Origin: Patescibacteria group bacterium
Lineage (GTDB): Bacteria; Patescibacteriota; Microgenomatia; UBA1400; PJMF01
Length of the DNA: 64,000 nt
Assembly: GCA_016861205.1 (NCBI GenBank)
Contig: BOKX01000001.1
Coordinates: 8,539-72,538 of the forward strand
Direction: 5' to 3'
The notes beneath the pieces are model-generated. The model ran no database searches, was not told where the DNA came from, and saw only the letters and a list, made by a program, of their open reading frames with translations. A program made the translations under genes and the position numbers. Numbering within the stretch: position 1 is the first letter of the stretch; each line of letters begins with the position of its first letter. Shown one piece after another: positions 48,791-57,906 of this stretch.

Positions 48791-50073
48791 TAACTCACGT
48801 CTCCAACCAAGAAACCGCTCAGGTCGTTACGCCCGATTTCCAGCTGATACTTGCTGCGGTTTAATGACTTCGAGACTACCATACTGGTACTCTGTTTGCG
48901 ACCTTTGAGCCGGAAGGACACTTGGACCACCGGTGCGCGGCCCTCCTCTTTTTCTGGTTGGTACCATAGAAAGTCATCAAGATCGATCAAGCCTAGTTTT
49001 TTGGCCAAGTCGCTAGAAATACAGCTGCGAAAACGACCGGTGTTAACGAGGGCCATGGTTTCTTCTTTGATTTGTTGATCGCCGTAAACGAGTACTTCTT
49101 CAAACGGCTTGATGATGGTCAAGCCGTCCTCGGCTTTGATTTTGTCGGAAAACTTTTCAGCAAACAAAGCCTGTCCAATCCGGACTCCATGGTCTGGATT
49201 TAAGACATTCAAATCTTGGACCCGCTCCAGCCGACGGCGCAAGCCTGCCCGGTTGGCAATTTGGATCGATAACCCTGGATTGGCGTTCAACTCAACTACC
49301 ATGGGGCCCTGCTCTTCGTGAATGAACAGGTCGATGGCGCAGTACATCAGGCCAGCCGCGTCAGCGGTCTTAACGGCGATAGTGAGGACGTCTTTCCAGT
49401 GCGGAATGCGAAAGCCACTCAATTTTTTCTTGGTGCCAGGCAGATATTGAATGGGAGTCCCTTTACCAATAATCGCGTGAGTTGTTACGCCCGTGGCCAT
49501 ATCAATGCCGACACCGATCGCACCTTGATCGAGGTTTGCTCGGCCACCAGACTCTTCAGTGGGAATGCGGATGTACGACATGATCGGGACGTGATTGAAA
49601 ACAATGACCCGCACGTCGGGCGTGCCCTTGGTGGTGTACTTGTAAAACGTGCCGTGAATTGGAACGCGCTCCTCAACAATGACATGGTGGTTAACGCCAT
49701 ACGTGCTGTACTGACCTTCTAAAATATCAAAGCAGTGAAACTTGATCTCATCCAAACTCCACACCTTGCCTAAAGTGTCCACCCAGTGTTGCTTGTCATT
49801 TTGCTGGGTTTTGAAGATCAACACTCCTTTACCGGCGTTGCCGTTGGTAGGTTTGATGACGAAGTTTTTCTCTAGGTGTTCCCACTCGAATTGGTTCACG
49901 TCTTCGTAGGTCGTCAAAATGGCAAAAATTTTGGCGGTCGGAATATGCTTGTTTTCGAGCAAGACTTTGGTGGCGTACTTGGAGGCGCAAAACTGACGAG
50001 CTGTGGCCGAGTTCAGCTTGCCGTAGATGAGCTGGCGGGCGTTCATGCCCAGAATGTCGCGTGCTTTAGGCAT
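48790..50073 (-). CDS. RimK-type 'alpha-L-glutamate ligase-like' ATP-grasp enzyme fused to a C-terminal retropepsin-like (DUF785/Zn_protease-type) domain
   Basis: N-terminal ~310 aa: GMNARQLIY...KYATKVLLENKHIPTAKIFAI, FVIKPTNGNAGKGVLIF, DVRVIVFNHVPIMSYIRIPTEESGGRANLDQGAIGVGIDMATG, MVVELNANPGLSIQIANRAGL. These match my recollection of the TIGR02291/RimK-related family. C-terminal ~110 aa: ALVNTGRFRSCISSDLAKKLGL...VVQVSFRL...LEIGRNDLSGFLVGD, resembling the AKIDTGA.TS..RPVI..LLGR..L block pattern of DUF785. Confidence 0.65.
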   Translation of the reverse strand: MPKARDILGMNARQLIYGKLNSATARQFCASKYATKVLLENKHIPTAKIFAILTTYEDVNQFEWEHLEKNFVIKPTNGNAGKGVLIFKTQQNDKQHWVDTLGKVWSLDEIKFHCFDILEGQYSTYGVNHHVIVEERVPIHGTFYKYTTKGTPDVRVIVFNHVPIMSYIRIPTEESGGRANLDQGAIGVGIDMATGVTTHAIIGKGTPIQYLPGTKKKLSGFRIPHWKDVLTIAVKTADAAGLMYCAIDLFIHEEQGPMVVELNANPGLSIQIANRAGLRRRLERVQDLNVLNPDHGVRIGQALFAEKFSDKIKAEDGLTIIKPFEEVLVYGDQQIKEETMALVNTGRFRSCISSDLAKKLGLIDLDDFLWYQPEKEEGRAPVVQVSFRLKGRKQSTSMVVSKSLNRSKYQLEIGRNDLSGFLVGDVS

Positions 50074-50084
50074 AGCCGTACTCT

Positions 50085-51068
50085 TTACTCTTCAATAATT
50101 GACTTGAAGCGCAGCCATTCTAGTAAGCGTAAACCGGTGTACCGACCGACCACAATGTTGATTGCTGCCACGCCCAGCAAGGTCAGTTCTGGTTGCAAAA
50201 TGACGCCTTTTTGGACGAACTCGGAACCAACGACAATAGAACATAGCACCGCCGTGATCAACGTTTCAAAGGTCAACTGGAGGGTTGCGGACTGGCTACT
50301 GGTGAGCTGCGACTCCATAAAGTTTTCTGTTAATAGCATGATGATCAGCAACGGGAAGATGCTAATACCAGCGATGAAGTTACCGGGTAGGTAGACTGAA
50401 GAAATCAGCGCCAGTAACACCACAATTGAGACTCCCCAGAGCAACAAGGCAGTCCGAGGTAAGTAGTGCAGTTTCAGGCGTTTGAGAATTTGGCGAGCGG
50501 TCAAAGCAGCCAATAAGGTGATCATGAACAGCACAATGCCGTTGATAATCCCCGTCGAGACAAACGCAACCGATAGCACCGCTGGAATGTAAATGCCGAA
50601 GCCTTTCATGCCAATGATGTGGCGGGTGAACGAAATGAAGGCGGCAATCACTGGGAACAACAGGACTAACACCACGATGTTGGCTGGCAACCCGCGGTTG
50701 ATAGCTTCTCGGATAGGATGTTGTAAGAAGTTATGCCAACTCAAGGGGCCGATGGGGTTTTCATCCAGCCAAGCAGCTAGCTTGCTTTTCTGAGGCGCAG
50801 TGGACTGAGTAATGTCCTTATCCTGTTTCTCTTGAATCCTTTGTTCCAGTTGAGCCGAAATTGACGCTAACTGTGCCGATAGGCTGGCCTCGCCGCTTTG
50901 GGTAGCCACTTCCGCGCTCAAAGTCGCGTCGGTAGCTGGTGAAGGACTGGCTGAGGCAGCACGAAGTTGGGACACAGTTTGGGCGGTGACGAGTGTGGGG
51001 TGGGTGGCGCTAGCTACCCAGGCGAACAGGCTCAATGCCAGCAGTCCCCAAATAAAGTGGCGAATCAT
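50085..51068 (-). CDS. Secreted-N-terminus multi-TM membrane protein (possible 7TM partner of RimK-like ATP-grasp systems)
   Basis: Signal peptide (MIRHFIWGLLALSLFAWVASA), ~100 aa Ser/Ala/Gln-rich extracytoplasmic segment, then 6-7 TM helices. Stops 11 bp upstream of the ATP-grasp fusion gene. Confidence 0.45.
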   Translation of the reverse strand: MIRHFIWGLLALSLFAWVASATHPTLVTAQTVSQLRAASASPSPATDATLSAEVATQSGEASLSAQLASISAQLEQRIQEKQDKDITQSTAPQKSKLAAWLDENPIGPLSWHNFLQHPIREAINRGLPANIVVLVLLFPVIAAFISFTRHIIGMKGFGIYIPAVLSVAFVSTGIINGIVLFMITLLAALTARQILKRLKLHYLPRTALLLWGVSIVVLLALISSVYLPGNFIAGISIFPLLIIMLLTENFMESQLTSSQSATLQLTFETLITAVLCSIVVGSEFVQKGVILQPELTLLGVAAINIVVGRYTGLRLLEWLRFKSIIEE

Positions 51069-51113
51069 AACGTGTATTATACTCCTTCGCTTAATGCTCC
51101 AGATGGCCAGCGT

Positions 51114-51482
51114 TTATAAAATAAACCCAACAATTGACTGTAAGAAGCTGATTAAAAATGAGGCAAACAGCAGCGAGAAAAACTGGTTGAGTTGCACGCC
51201 GCCCACGGTCATTTCAGTGATTCTAAAGCCTGGTACTAAGTACATCGCCAACCATAGAATGAGGACATTTAGGACGAGTGAAAAGAAACCCAACGTAATG
51301 ATGTTGATGGGTAAAAACAAGAGGCTCAAGATTGGTTTGACGAACTTTTGCAGGACCGTTAAAACAAGACCAGCCAAAACTAACGCCGTCCAGTTGGCAT
51401 AATCGATTGTCGGTAGCAACCAACTGAGAATCGCAATGGTGACGGTTGTTGAAATGATCGGTTTGAGTAAGTTAAGTGTCAT
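51114..51482 (-). CDS. Phage holin family IV-like (DUF360) small membrane protein
   Basis: 122 aa with four TM helices and the characteristic ..LVPGFRI.. turn (LAMYLVPGFRITEMTVGG). No phage genes nearby. Confidence 0.5.
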   Translation of the reverse strand: MTLNLLKPIISTTVTIAILSWLLPTIDYANWTALVLAGLVLTVLQKFVKPILSLLFLPINIITLGFFSLVLNVLILWLAMYLVPGFRITEMTVGGVQLNQFFSLLFASFLISFLQSIVGFIL

Positions 51483-51574
51483 GGCGGCCGTTGGTCAGTG
51501 ACTACCATGGTACAGCCGAGCCACTAGGCTGTAAAGTTTTGGTCAAGTGACTGCCTCATAGCGAGCTCGGAGTT

Positions 51575-52984
51575 TTAGGTGAACATCTGATTCAACCGGC
51601 GTCGCGACTGTTGTCGTTTAGAGAAACGGTGTGCTTCGTCCCGAAGCTGTTGAATCAACTTTAGGCCAGGATGTGTCTCGGGTAGTCGCAAAACGTGGTA
51701 ACGTGGCACGCTGCCCAGTTGGTAATCCTTTAAAGAACGCTTAGGACTCGGTTGGGAAATCAACTCGGGACCAGGGATGATTAATCGATCAGGGTCCTTG
51801 GCAATACTGATGACAGGAGTTGTCCACTGCCAGACCTTCAGAGCAGCACGTAACTGGCCTTTGCCACCGTCGATCACAATCAGGTCGGGTTGACCCCATT
51901 CGGGGTGATTTTGGCGGCGTTGCAGGGCTTCCTGGAGCATAGCGAAGTCATTTGGTGTGTCCAGAGTGCGAATGTTAAAGACTTTGTACTCTTGGTTGGC
52001 TGCCTGACCGTCAATGAATGTAACCATCGAGACAGCTGCGTAGGTGCCACTGATGTTGCTGACGTCATAAGCTTCGATGCGGTGCAGTGGGAAGGTGGCT
52101 GGCAAACTCAGGTAGGTTGAGAGCATTTTTCGCAAGTACACGACACCCTCCTCGGCTTGTGATGCCCGGAGGTGCGGTAGTGTTAAATCAGGTCGTAGTG
52201 AGTATGTTCGTTGGGTGACGGCGGTGATGACTTCTACTCGGTCTCGTAGGGTGGCAGCTAGTTCGTACTGTTCTTGTTCTGACGCGAGCTTCATTTGTTG
52301 CGAAATCATCCGGACCACATCTTTTTTTTGACCTTTGAGGAACATGACCAGTTGTGCAATGGTTTGCTGGTACTCTTCTGGAGTAACGCGACCGATACAG
52401 GCACCTGGACACTGACTGATGTGGTAGAAGAAACACGGTCGGGAGTTGGGTTTGGCTGGATCGACACCTTCGTTGCACCAGGGGAAAATCTTGCGAGCAA
52501 TTCCTAAGACTTCCCTCACTTTGTAGGCACTGGGGAAAGGTCCCAGGAGTGTCCCCTTCATCGGTCGAGTTTCGGTTTCTTTCTTACGTCGAGTTAACAC
52601 TCTGGGGTAGGGTTCGGCCGTGATCTGGATGTAGAGCGGGGTTTTATCGTCTTTGAGCAAGATGTTGGTCGGTGGTTGGTGTGTGCGAATGAGCTCAGCC
52701 TCGACAAGCAAAGCTTCAAGCTCACTATCGAGCACCTGCCACTTAAGCTGCTGGGCAGTCTCGACCATGCCGCGAATGCGGCTGCTGAGCTGGTTCACTT
52801 GGCGATAGGTGTTAACGCGATTTTTGAGATTTTTGGCTTTACCGACGTAAAGAACTTGGTTAGCGCCGTCGAGAAACCAGTATACCCCCGGTTGCGAGGG
52901 CAACTGCCGCGCCGCCGACTCCCAGGCCAATGAGGAAGCCTCGGTTGGTGAAGTAACTGATGAAGGCTGGGGCGAGTTGGGCAT
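51575..52984 (-). CDS. uvrC: Excinuclease ABC subunit C (short form lacking the C-terminal HhH domain; start uncertain)
   Basis: GIY-YIG (QPGVYWFLD..LYVGKAKNLKNR), Cys-rich region, UVR domain (EQYELAATLRDR), and the endonuclease domain (IEAYDVSNISG, IDGGKGQ). 469 aa against ~600 aa typical. The annotated start overlaps the upstream ORF by ~125 bp. Confidence 0.8.
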   Translation of the reverse strand: MPNSPQPSSVTSPTEASSLAWESAARQLPSQPGVYWFLDGANQVLYVGKAKNLKNRVNTYRQVNQLSSRIRGMVETAQQLKWQVLDSELEALLVEAELIRTHQPPTNILLKDDKTPLYIQITAEPYPRVLTRRKKETETRPMKGTLLGPFPSAYKVREVLGIARKIFPWCNEGVDPAKPNSRPCFFYHISQCPGACIGRVTPEEYQQTIAQLVMFLKGQKKDVVRMISQQMKLASEQEQYELAATLRDRVEVITAVTQRTYSLRPDLTLPHLRASQAEEGVVYLRKMLSTYLSLPATFPLHRIEAYDVSNISGTYAAVSMVTFIDGQAANQEYKVFNIRTLDTPNDFAMLQEALQRRQNHPEWGQPDLIVIDGGKGQLRAALKVWQWTTPVISIAKDPDRLIIPGPELISQPSPKRSLKDYQLGSVPRYHVLRLPETHPGLKLIQQLRDEAHRFSKRQQSRRRLNQMFT

Positions 52985-54740
52985 GCGTGTCGGTGATTAA
53001 TTTGGCTTGGTAATTTTGTAGTTGCATTGTAACCTGAACAGCTGAGGTCGTGGGCCAGAGTTCATCAGGGTTGATGGCTACCAACGGCAGCCGTTGGGTT
53101 TGATATGGTAACACTACCGGCAAGGTTTTTTCTGCTACGGTCACTTTTTGTCCGCCAAGTACCGCGGTGACGCTGGCTCTGGCTCCATACCATGCAGAAC
53201 CAGTTTGGTTAACAACTTCAAGCTCGAGCCAACCAGGAATAGATATGCCCCAGATTTTTTTGGGGACAATTCTGACTTCTAGATCTGGCTCTGTTTCAGG
53301 AAATGTGGTGCCAAAATCAACACTGACATCTTTGGTGTTTTGGTCAGTTAACTTGTATGAACCTGCTGGATACGGCAAAGTACTGGACTGACCGTTGATG
53401 GCAAACACAATGTGGTTGAGATCAAACTGGTCGAAGTAGTTCACTCCCCCGGTGGTGTTGCCCCAGGTGGGATCGATTGGTCGCCACTGGTTTGTTTGGT
53501 AATCATAGTACTCAGGCCAAGCGTGCAAAATATCCTCTACTAAACTGAGTGGGCGCAGCGCGCTATTTTCGGTATGGGCATAGCCTGTTAATCGACGTGT
53601 GGGAACTTGATTTGCTCGAGCGAGAGCAATAAACGTGTCAGTAAACTCTTGGCAGTTGACGTTGGCTGGGCTGGCCAAGGTAGTAACTGCCCCTAGGCGA
53701 GTCGGTGTTCCTTGGGTGGGGTCAAAACCATAGCTTAAGGTGTTAACGACGTAGTCATACATGGCTCGAGGGGTGTGGTGCTCGCTAGCGACTTGTTGGA
53801 CGGCAGGCTGATCACTCTCCCAGTAGGTTTGTGCTTGCAAGAGGCTCGAGCTTGGTTCGGCTACTGGAATGGTGAGATCTGGCTCCAGCGTGAGTTTAGC
53901 TTGGGCAGTGGCGTAGACGATTGTTTCAGAGGCAGCCGGAAGTTGGTACGTTGCAATCCAGTTGCCATCTGGGTCTGCTTCGATTTTTTGCGGCAAAGGG
54001 TCGAGTTGTGAGTAGTGCAGTTTTTGGTAAGGCGTATCTGGGGGCAAGGCAATTTGCATCAAGCCCGGACCGTTGGTAGTGTTTTCCAAGTTGTAACGCA
54101 GCGTCAGGTTAAAAACTTGTTCTGAGCCAAATAAAGCTGCGACACCGGTACTGCCCACCTGGGAAAAATGGGTGATGATCTGGTTGTCTTGATTTTCCAC
54201 CAAAGTAGGATCGGGGGTGACTCGAACAGGCTGGCCGTATTGACTGGGAGTTCTGAGGGTGACTGAGTAGCGGTCGTAAGTTTGTTCAGTACTGAGGGCA
54301 GGTACATATAACTCAAGCACTTTGCCACTAACTACACTGGCATCCTCTTGGTCATAGATAATTTTGATGGTTCGAGTTTTGCCCTCGCCGACCACTTTAT
54401 CGGGAAACGTCAGGCCAACGCTGGTCAGATGGTCGGTTTTGACCACGTTGGGCTGAATGACTTGGTCGTCGCTGGTGACGCGGACATTTTTAATGTCAGT
54501 CCCAGAGGTAATCTTGAGCGCGTATTGTCGGACGTACAGCGTCGGAGTTTTGTTTGTGATGTGAATTTGGTGTTCAACAGTCGTGTTTTTAATGCCGGTC
54601 ACGGTGTACGTACTGTCGAGAGTGAAGCTGAAGTTGGAGTCGGCTTGGGCTGGTTGGAGTGGTGGGATGATGGCCAGGGTAACTAGGAAGAGTATCCAAG
54701 TCACCACAGTTTTGAATAGAAATTGAAGCGGCTTTCTCAC
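52860..54740 (-). CDS. Secreted transglutaminase-like (papain-fold) protein with C-terminal TM anchor
   Basis: Signal peptide. Transglutaminase-core Cys block NCQEFTDTFIALARANQVPTRRLTGYAH followed by HAWPEYYD (His/Asp candidates). C-terminal GLGVGGAAVALATGGILVSRRR anchor. Confidence 0.6.
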   Translation of the reverse strand: MRKPLQFLFKTVVTWILFLVTLAIIPPLQPAQADSNFSFTLDSTYTVTGIKNTTVEHQIHITNKTPTLYVRQYALKITSGTDIKNVRVTSDDQVIQPNVVKTDHLTSVGLTFPDKVVGEGKTRTIKIIYDQEDASVVSGKVLELYVPALSTEQTYDRYSVTLRTPSQYGQPVRVTPDPTLVENQDNQIITHFSQVGSTGVAALFGSEQVFNLTLRYNLENTTNGPGLMQIALPPDTPYQKLHYSQLDPLPQKIEADPDGNWIATYQLPAASETIVYATAQAKLTLEPDLTIPVAEPSSSLLQAQTYWESDQPAVQQVASEHHTPRAMYDYVVNTLSYGFDPTQGTPTRLGAVTTLASPANVNCQEFTDTFIALARANQVPTRRLTGYAHTENSALRPLSLVEDILHAWPEYYDYQTNQWRPIDPTWGNTTGGVNYFDQFDLNHIVFAINGQSSTLPYPAGSYKLTDQNTKDVSVDFGTTFPETEPDLEVRIVPKKIWGISIPGWLELEVVNQTGSAWYGARASVTAVLGGQKVTVAEKTLPVVLPYQTQRLPLVAINPDELWPTTSAVQVTMQLQNYQAKLITDTHAQLAPAFISYFTNRGFLIGLGVGGAAVALATGGILVSRRR

Positions 54741-54791
54741 CCGCCTATTATGGCATAGCCCTATTCTTGAAGTCGAAGTAAAAAAGGGTGG

Positions 54792-57700
54792 CTATTTTTG
54801 AGCCGCGAGTTCATCCCGCAAGTATTTGCCGGTAAATGACTGAGGGTGATTGGCCACTTCAGCTGGAGTACCAACTGCCACTACTTCTCCACCCGCCTCG
54901 CCACCTTCAGGACCTAAATCGATGATCCAGTCAGCATTTTTAATGACGTCGAGGTTGTGCTCGATGACGATGACGGTGTTGTTGTTACCCACTAACTGGT
55001 GTAAAACATCGAGTAACTTTTGAACGTCACCAAAGTGTAAGCCAGTGGTGGGTTCATCGAGGAGATACACCACATGGTCGTTGGTGCGTCCAGATAGCTC
55101 TTTGGCGAGCTTGACGCGCTGGGCTTCGCCGCCACTCAGTGTGGGTGCAGGTTGGCCGAGTTCAATGTAGCCTAAACCGACTTCTTGCAGGGTTTTGAGT
55201 TTGCCGCGCAGCGTCCCGTTGGTTTCGAAGAAGCTGTACGCTTCATCCACTGTCATGTGCAGAACATCAGAGATGGTTTTGCCTTTGTACTGAACTTGCA
55301 GAGTTTCTTCGTTATAGCGTTTGCCTTGACAAACATCGCAGGTGACATAGACATCTGGCAAAAACTGCATCTCGATTTTGAGCTGGCCGTCTCCCTGACA
55401 CGCTTCACAACGGCCACCTTTGACGTTGAAACTAAACCGGCCAGCGTTGAAGCCGCGCATGCGGGCATCTTGGGTGTTGGCAAAAATGGACCGGATATAG
55501 TCAAAAATCTTGGTGTAAGTAGCTGGGTTGGATCGAGGGGTTTTGCCGATCGGACTTTGATCGATCAAACTAATTCGCTTGACCATCTCAGGGACACTAA
55601 TGCGCTCGATAGCGCCAGGTTTTTGGTCGATGCTTTTGCCCAAGTGTTTGGCGAGATTGTAGTAGAGCGTTTCGTGGAGCAACGTTGATTTACCAGAGCC
55701 AGAGATACCGGTGATGGCAGTCAAGGTATTGAGTGGGAAACTCACTTCGAGGTGTTTTAAGTTGTGGTGTCGAGCCCCGCTGATGCTAATACTCGGCTGC
55801 TGGGTGGGTTTGAGTACTCGAGCGGCAGCCTCAGGGTCGATCACAGTCCGCTCAGAAGTAGCTTTGGATTTCGGCCGAGACACATCTTTGTGTCGACTCA
55901 AGTACTGACCAGTTAGTGATTTCTTGTTGTCAACCAGTTCATTAGGTGTGCCTTGAGCCACCACTTCTCCACCGTTCTTGCCGGCCTTGGGGCCGAAATC
56001 GATGATGTAGTCGGCAGCCAGCATCACATCTCGATCGTGTTCAACAACGATGACGCTATTGCCGCGGTCGCGCAAACTCTTGAGAGTTTCGATCAACTGA
56101 TGATTGTCACGTTGGTGCAGACCAATGGTTGGTTCATCAAGAATGTACAAAACTCCTGTTAAGCCAGTTCCGATCTGCGAAGCCAAGCGAATCCGTTGGG
56201 CCTCACCGCCCGCTAAGGTTGAGGCTTCTCGATTTAAACTCAGGTAGTTCAAACCGACCGAAGATAAGAAGCCTAACCGAGCTTTGATTTCTTTCAAGAT
56301 AGGCGCGGCAATCTTGGTCTCTTTAGCTGAGAGAGTGAGTTTGCCAGCTTGGGTGTCGGTCCCAGCCAGAGTTTCAATCCAGTGGAGCGTTTGGTTGATT
56401 GGCCAAGCGCACACCTGAGCGATATTTTGGCTGTCAATGTGGACTGACAAAGCTTCTTGTTTGAGGCGGGCGCCTTGGCAAGTGGGACAAGTTTCGCGTT
56501 GCATGAACTGTTCAATTTCGCGGCGAATGAACTCGGAGTCAGTTTCGCTGTAACGGCGCTCGAGGTTGTTGATGAAACCCTCAAACTTCTCTTGAATAGC
56601 AGTCTCTCGGCCGAAGCGGTTCTCGCCCATCACGGTGTAGATCTGATCTGAGCCGAACAACAACTTGTGCTGGGTGGCTTCATCGTACTGTTCCCAAGGT
56701 GTTTTGCGGAAGTCGAAACCAGCTTCTTCAACCACGGTGCGCACCAGTCTGGCCCACCAAGTATCGTTGCTGAGGGTTCGAGCAAACGGAATGATAGCCC
56801 CTTCACTCAAGCTCAAGCTGGGGGCAACCACACGATCGACATCAATTTTGAGCAACGAGCCTAAGCCATTACACGTTTCACAAGCGCCTTGCGGGGAGTT
56901 GAAGGAAAACAGGCGTGGCTCAAGCTCGTTAATCGAGATACCACAGTAGCTACAGGCTAGCTTTTCGCTAAACAAGCGATCTTCCATCAATTTTGGCTGA
57001 GTTGGAAACTCGAAACTCTGATCCATCACAAAGCTGGCTACGATGAAACCATCGGCCAGCTTGAGAGCGCCCTCAGCTGACTGAGCGACTCGGCTACGCA
57101 GGGCTGCGCGTTCGGTCTGGTCTTTGAGTTGCTGGTGACTGATGGTAAACCGATCGATGACGACTTCTATCGTGTGGCGGTTGGTTTTGATCAAGGTAAT
57201 GTCATCACCTAGGTTGTAGAGATGTTTATCAATTCGCACTCGAGAGTAGCCCTGTTTCTGGAGGTTTTCGAGCAGTGAGTAAAACTCGCCTTTGCGCTCG
57301 CGTACCACTGGTGACAAGATCATGACCCGAGCCGGTTCACCGCTGGCCCGGCGATCAAGCTCGGCCATCAGGTGATCAACAATTTGGTCAATGGTTTGCG
57401 TAGAAATTTCTCGGCCACAGTTGGGACAGTGGGGATGGCCGACGCGAGCGTACAGTAAGCGCAGGTAGTCATAGATTTCAGTGATAGTCCCGACAGTTGA
57501 ACGGGGGTTGTGCGAGGTGGTTTTTTGGTCAATCGAGATAGCCGGTGACAGGCCATCAATCTGGTCGACATCTGGTTTGCTCATCACGCCCAAAAATTGG
57601 CGAGCGTACGAACTCAAACTTTCCACGTAGCGACGTTGACCTTCTGCATACAGCGTATCAAAAGCCAATGAACTCTTGCCACTGCCCGACAGGCCCGTCA

Positions 57701-57794
57701 AAACTACCAGCTGGTTTTTAGGGATCTCCAGTGAGATATTTTTGAGGTTGTGTTCGCGGGCGCCGCGGACCGTAATTTTATCTGGCATATGCAC
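54792..57794 (-). CDS. uvrA: Excinuclease ABC subunit A
   Basis: Two ABC ATPase modules (GLSGSGKSSLAFDTLYAEGQRRY; GISGSGKSTL), zinc-finger Cys clusters, and C-terminal LSGGEAQRV. ~1000 aa. The start may be the Met 2 codons in. Confidence 0.95.
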   Translation of the reverse strand: MHMPDKITVRGAREHNLKNISLEIPKNQLVVLTGLSGSGKSSLAFDTLYAEGQRRYVESLSSYARQFLGVMSKPDVDQIDGLSPAISIDQKTTSHNPRSTVGTITEIYDYLRLLYARVGHPHCPNCGREISTQTIDQIVDHLMAELDRRASGEPARVMILSPVVRERKGEFYSLLENLQKQGYSRVRIDKHLYNLGDDITLIKTNRHTIEVVIDRFTISHQQLKDQTERAALRSRVAQSAEGALKLADGFIVASFVMDQSFEFPTQPKLMEDRLFSEKLACSYCGISINELEPRLFSFNSPQGACETCNGLGSLLKIDVDRVVAPSLSLSEGAIIPFARTLSNDTWWARLVRTVVEEAGFDFRKTPWEQYDEATQHKLLFGSDQIYTVMGENRFGRETAIQEKFEGFINNLERRYSETDSEFIRREIEQFMQRETCPTCQGARLKQEALSVHIDSQNIAQVCAWPINQTLHWIETLAGTDTQAGKLTLSAKETKIAAPILKEIKARLGFLSSVGLNYLSLNREASTLAGGEAQRIRLASQIGTGLTGVLYILDEPTIGLHQRDNHQLIETLKSLRDRGNSVIVVEHDRDVMLAADYIIDFGPKAGKNGGEVVAQGTPNELVDNKKSLTGQYLSRHKDVSRPKSKATSERTVIDPEAAARVLKPTQQPSISISGARHHNLKHLEVSFPLNTLTAITGISGSGKSTLLHETLYYNLAKHLGKSIDQKPGAIERISVPEMVKRISLIDQSPIGKTPRSNPATYTKIFDYIRSIFANTQDARMRGFNAGRFSFNVKGGRCEACQGDGQLKIEMQFLPDVYVTCDVCQGKRYNEETLQVQYKGKTISDVLHMTVDEAYSFFETNGTLRGKLKTLQEVGLGYIELGQPAPTLSGGEAQRVKLAKELSGRTNDHVVYLLDEPTTGLHFGDVQKLLDVLHQLVGNNNTVIVIEHNLDVIKNADWIIDLGPEGGEAGGEVVAVGTPAEVANHPQSFTGKYLRDELAAQK

Positions 57795-57906
57795 AAAAAG
57801 GCCGAACTGACATTATACCGTATTTAAGCCGAAACTGCACAAGTGTTGAAACTGGATCAGACAACTGATTGACCTAGGTATGTAAAATACCGGCAGGAGA
57901 AAAAGT

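Noticed and set aside
51114-51482. Holin-family gene as an indicator of a prophage
   Set aside because: There is no integrase, terminase, capsid, portal or endolysin gene nearby. DUF360/holin-IV-like proteins occur widely as chromosomal membrane proteins.
57795-57906. Possible LexA/Cheo box (CGAACtgacATTAT) in the uvrA upstream region
   Set aside because: Only one half-site matches CGAACN4GTTCG, so it does not support an SOS box.
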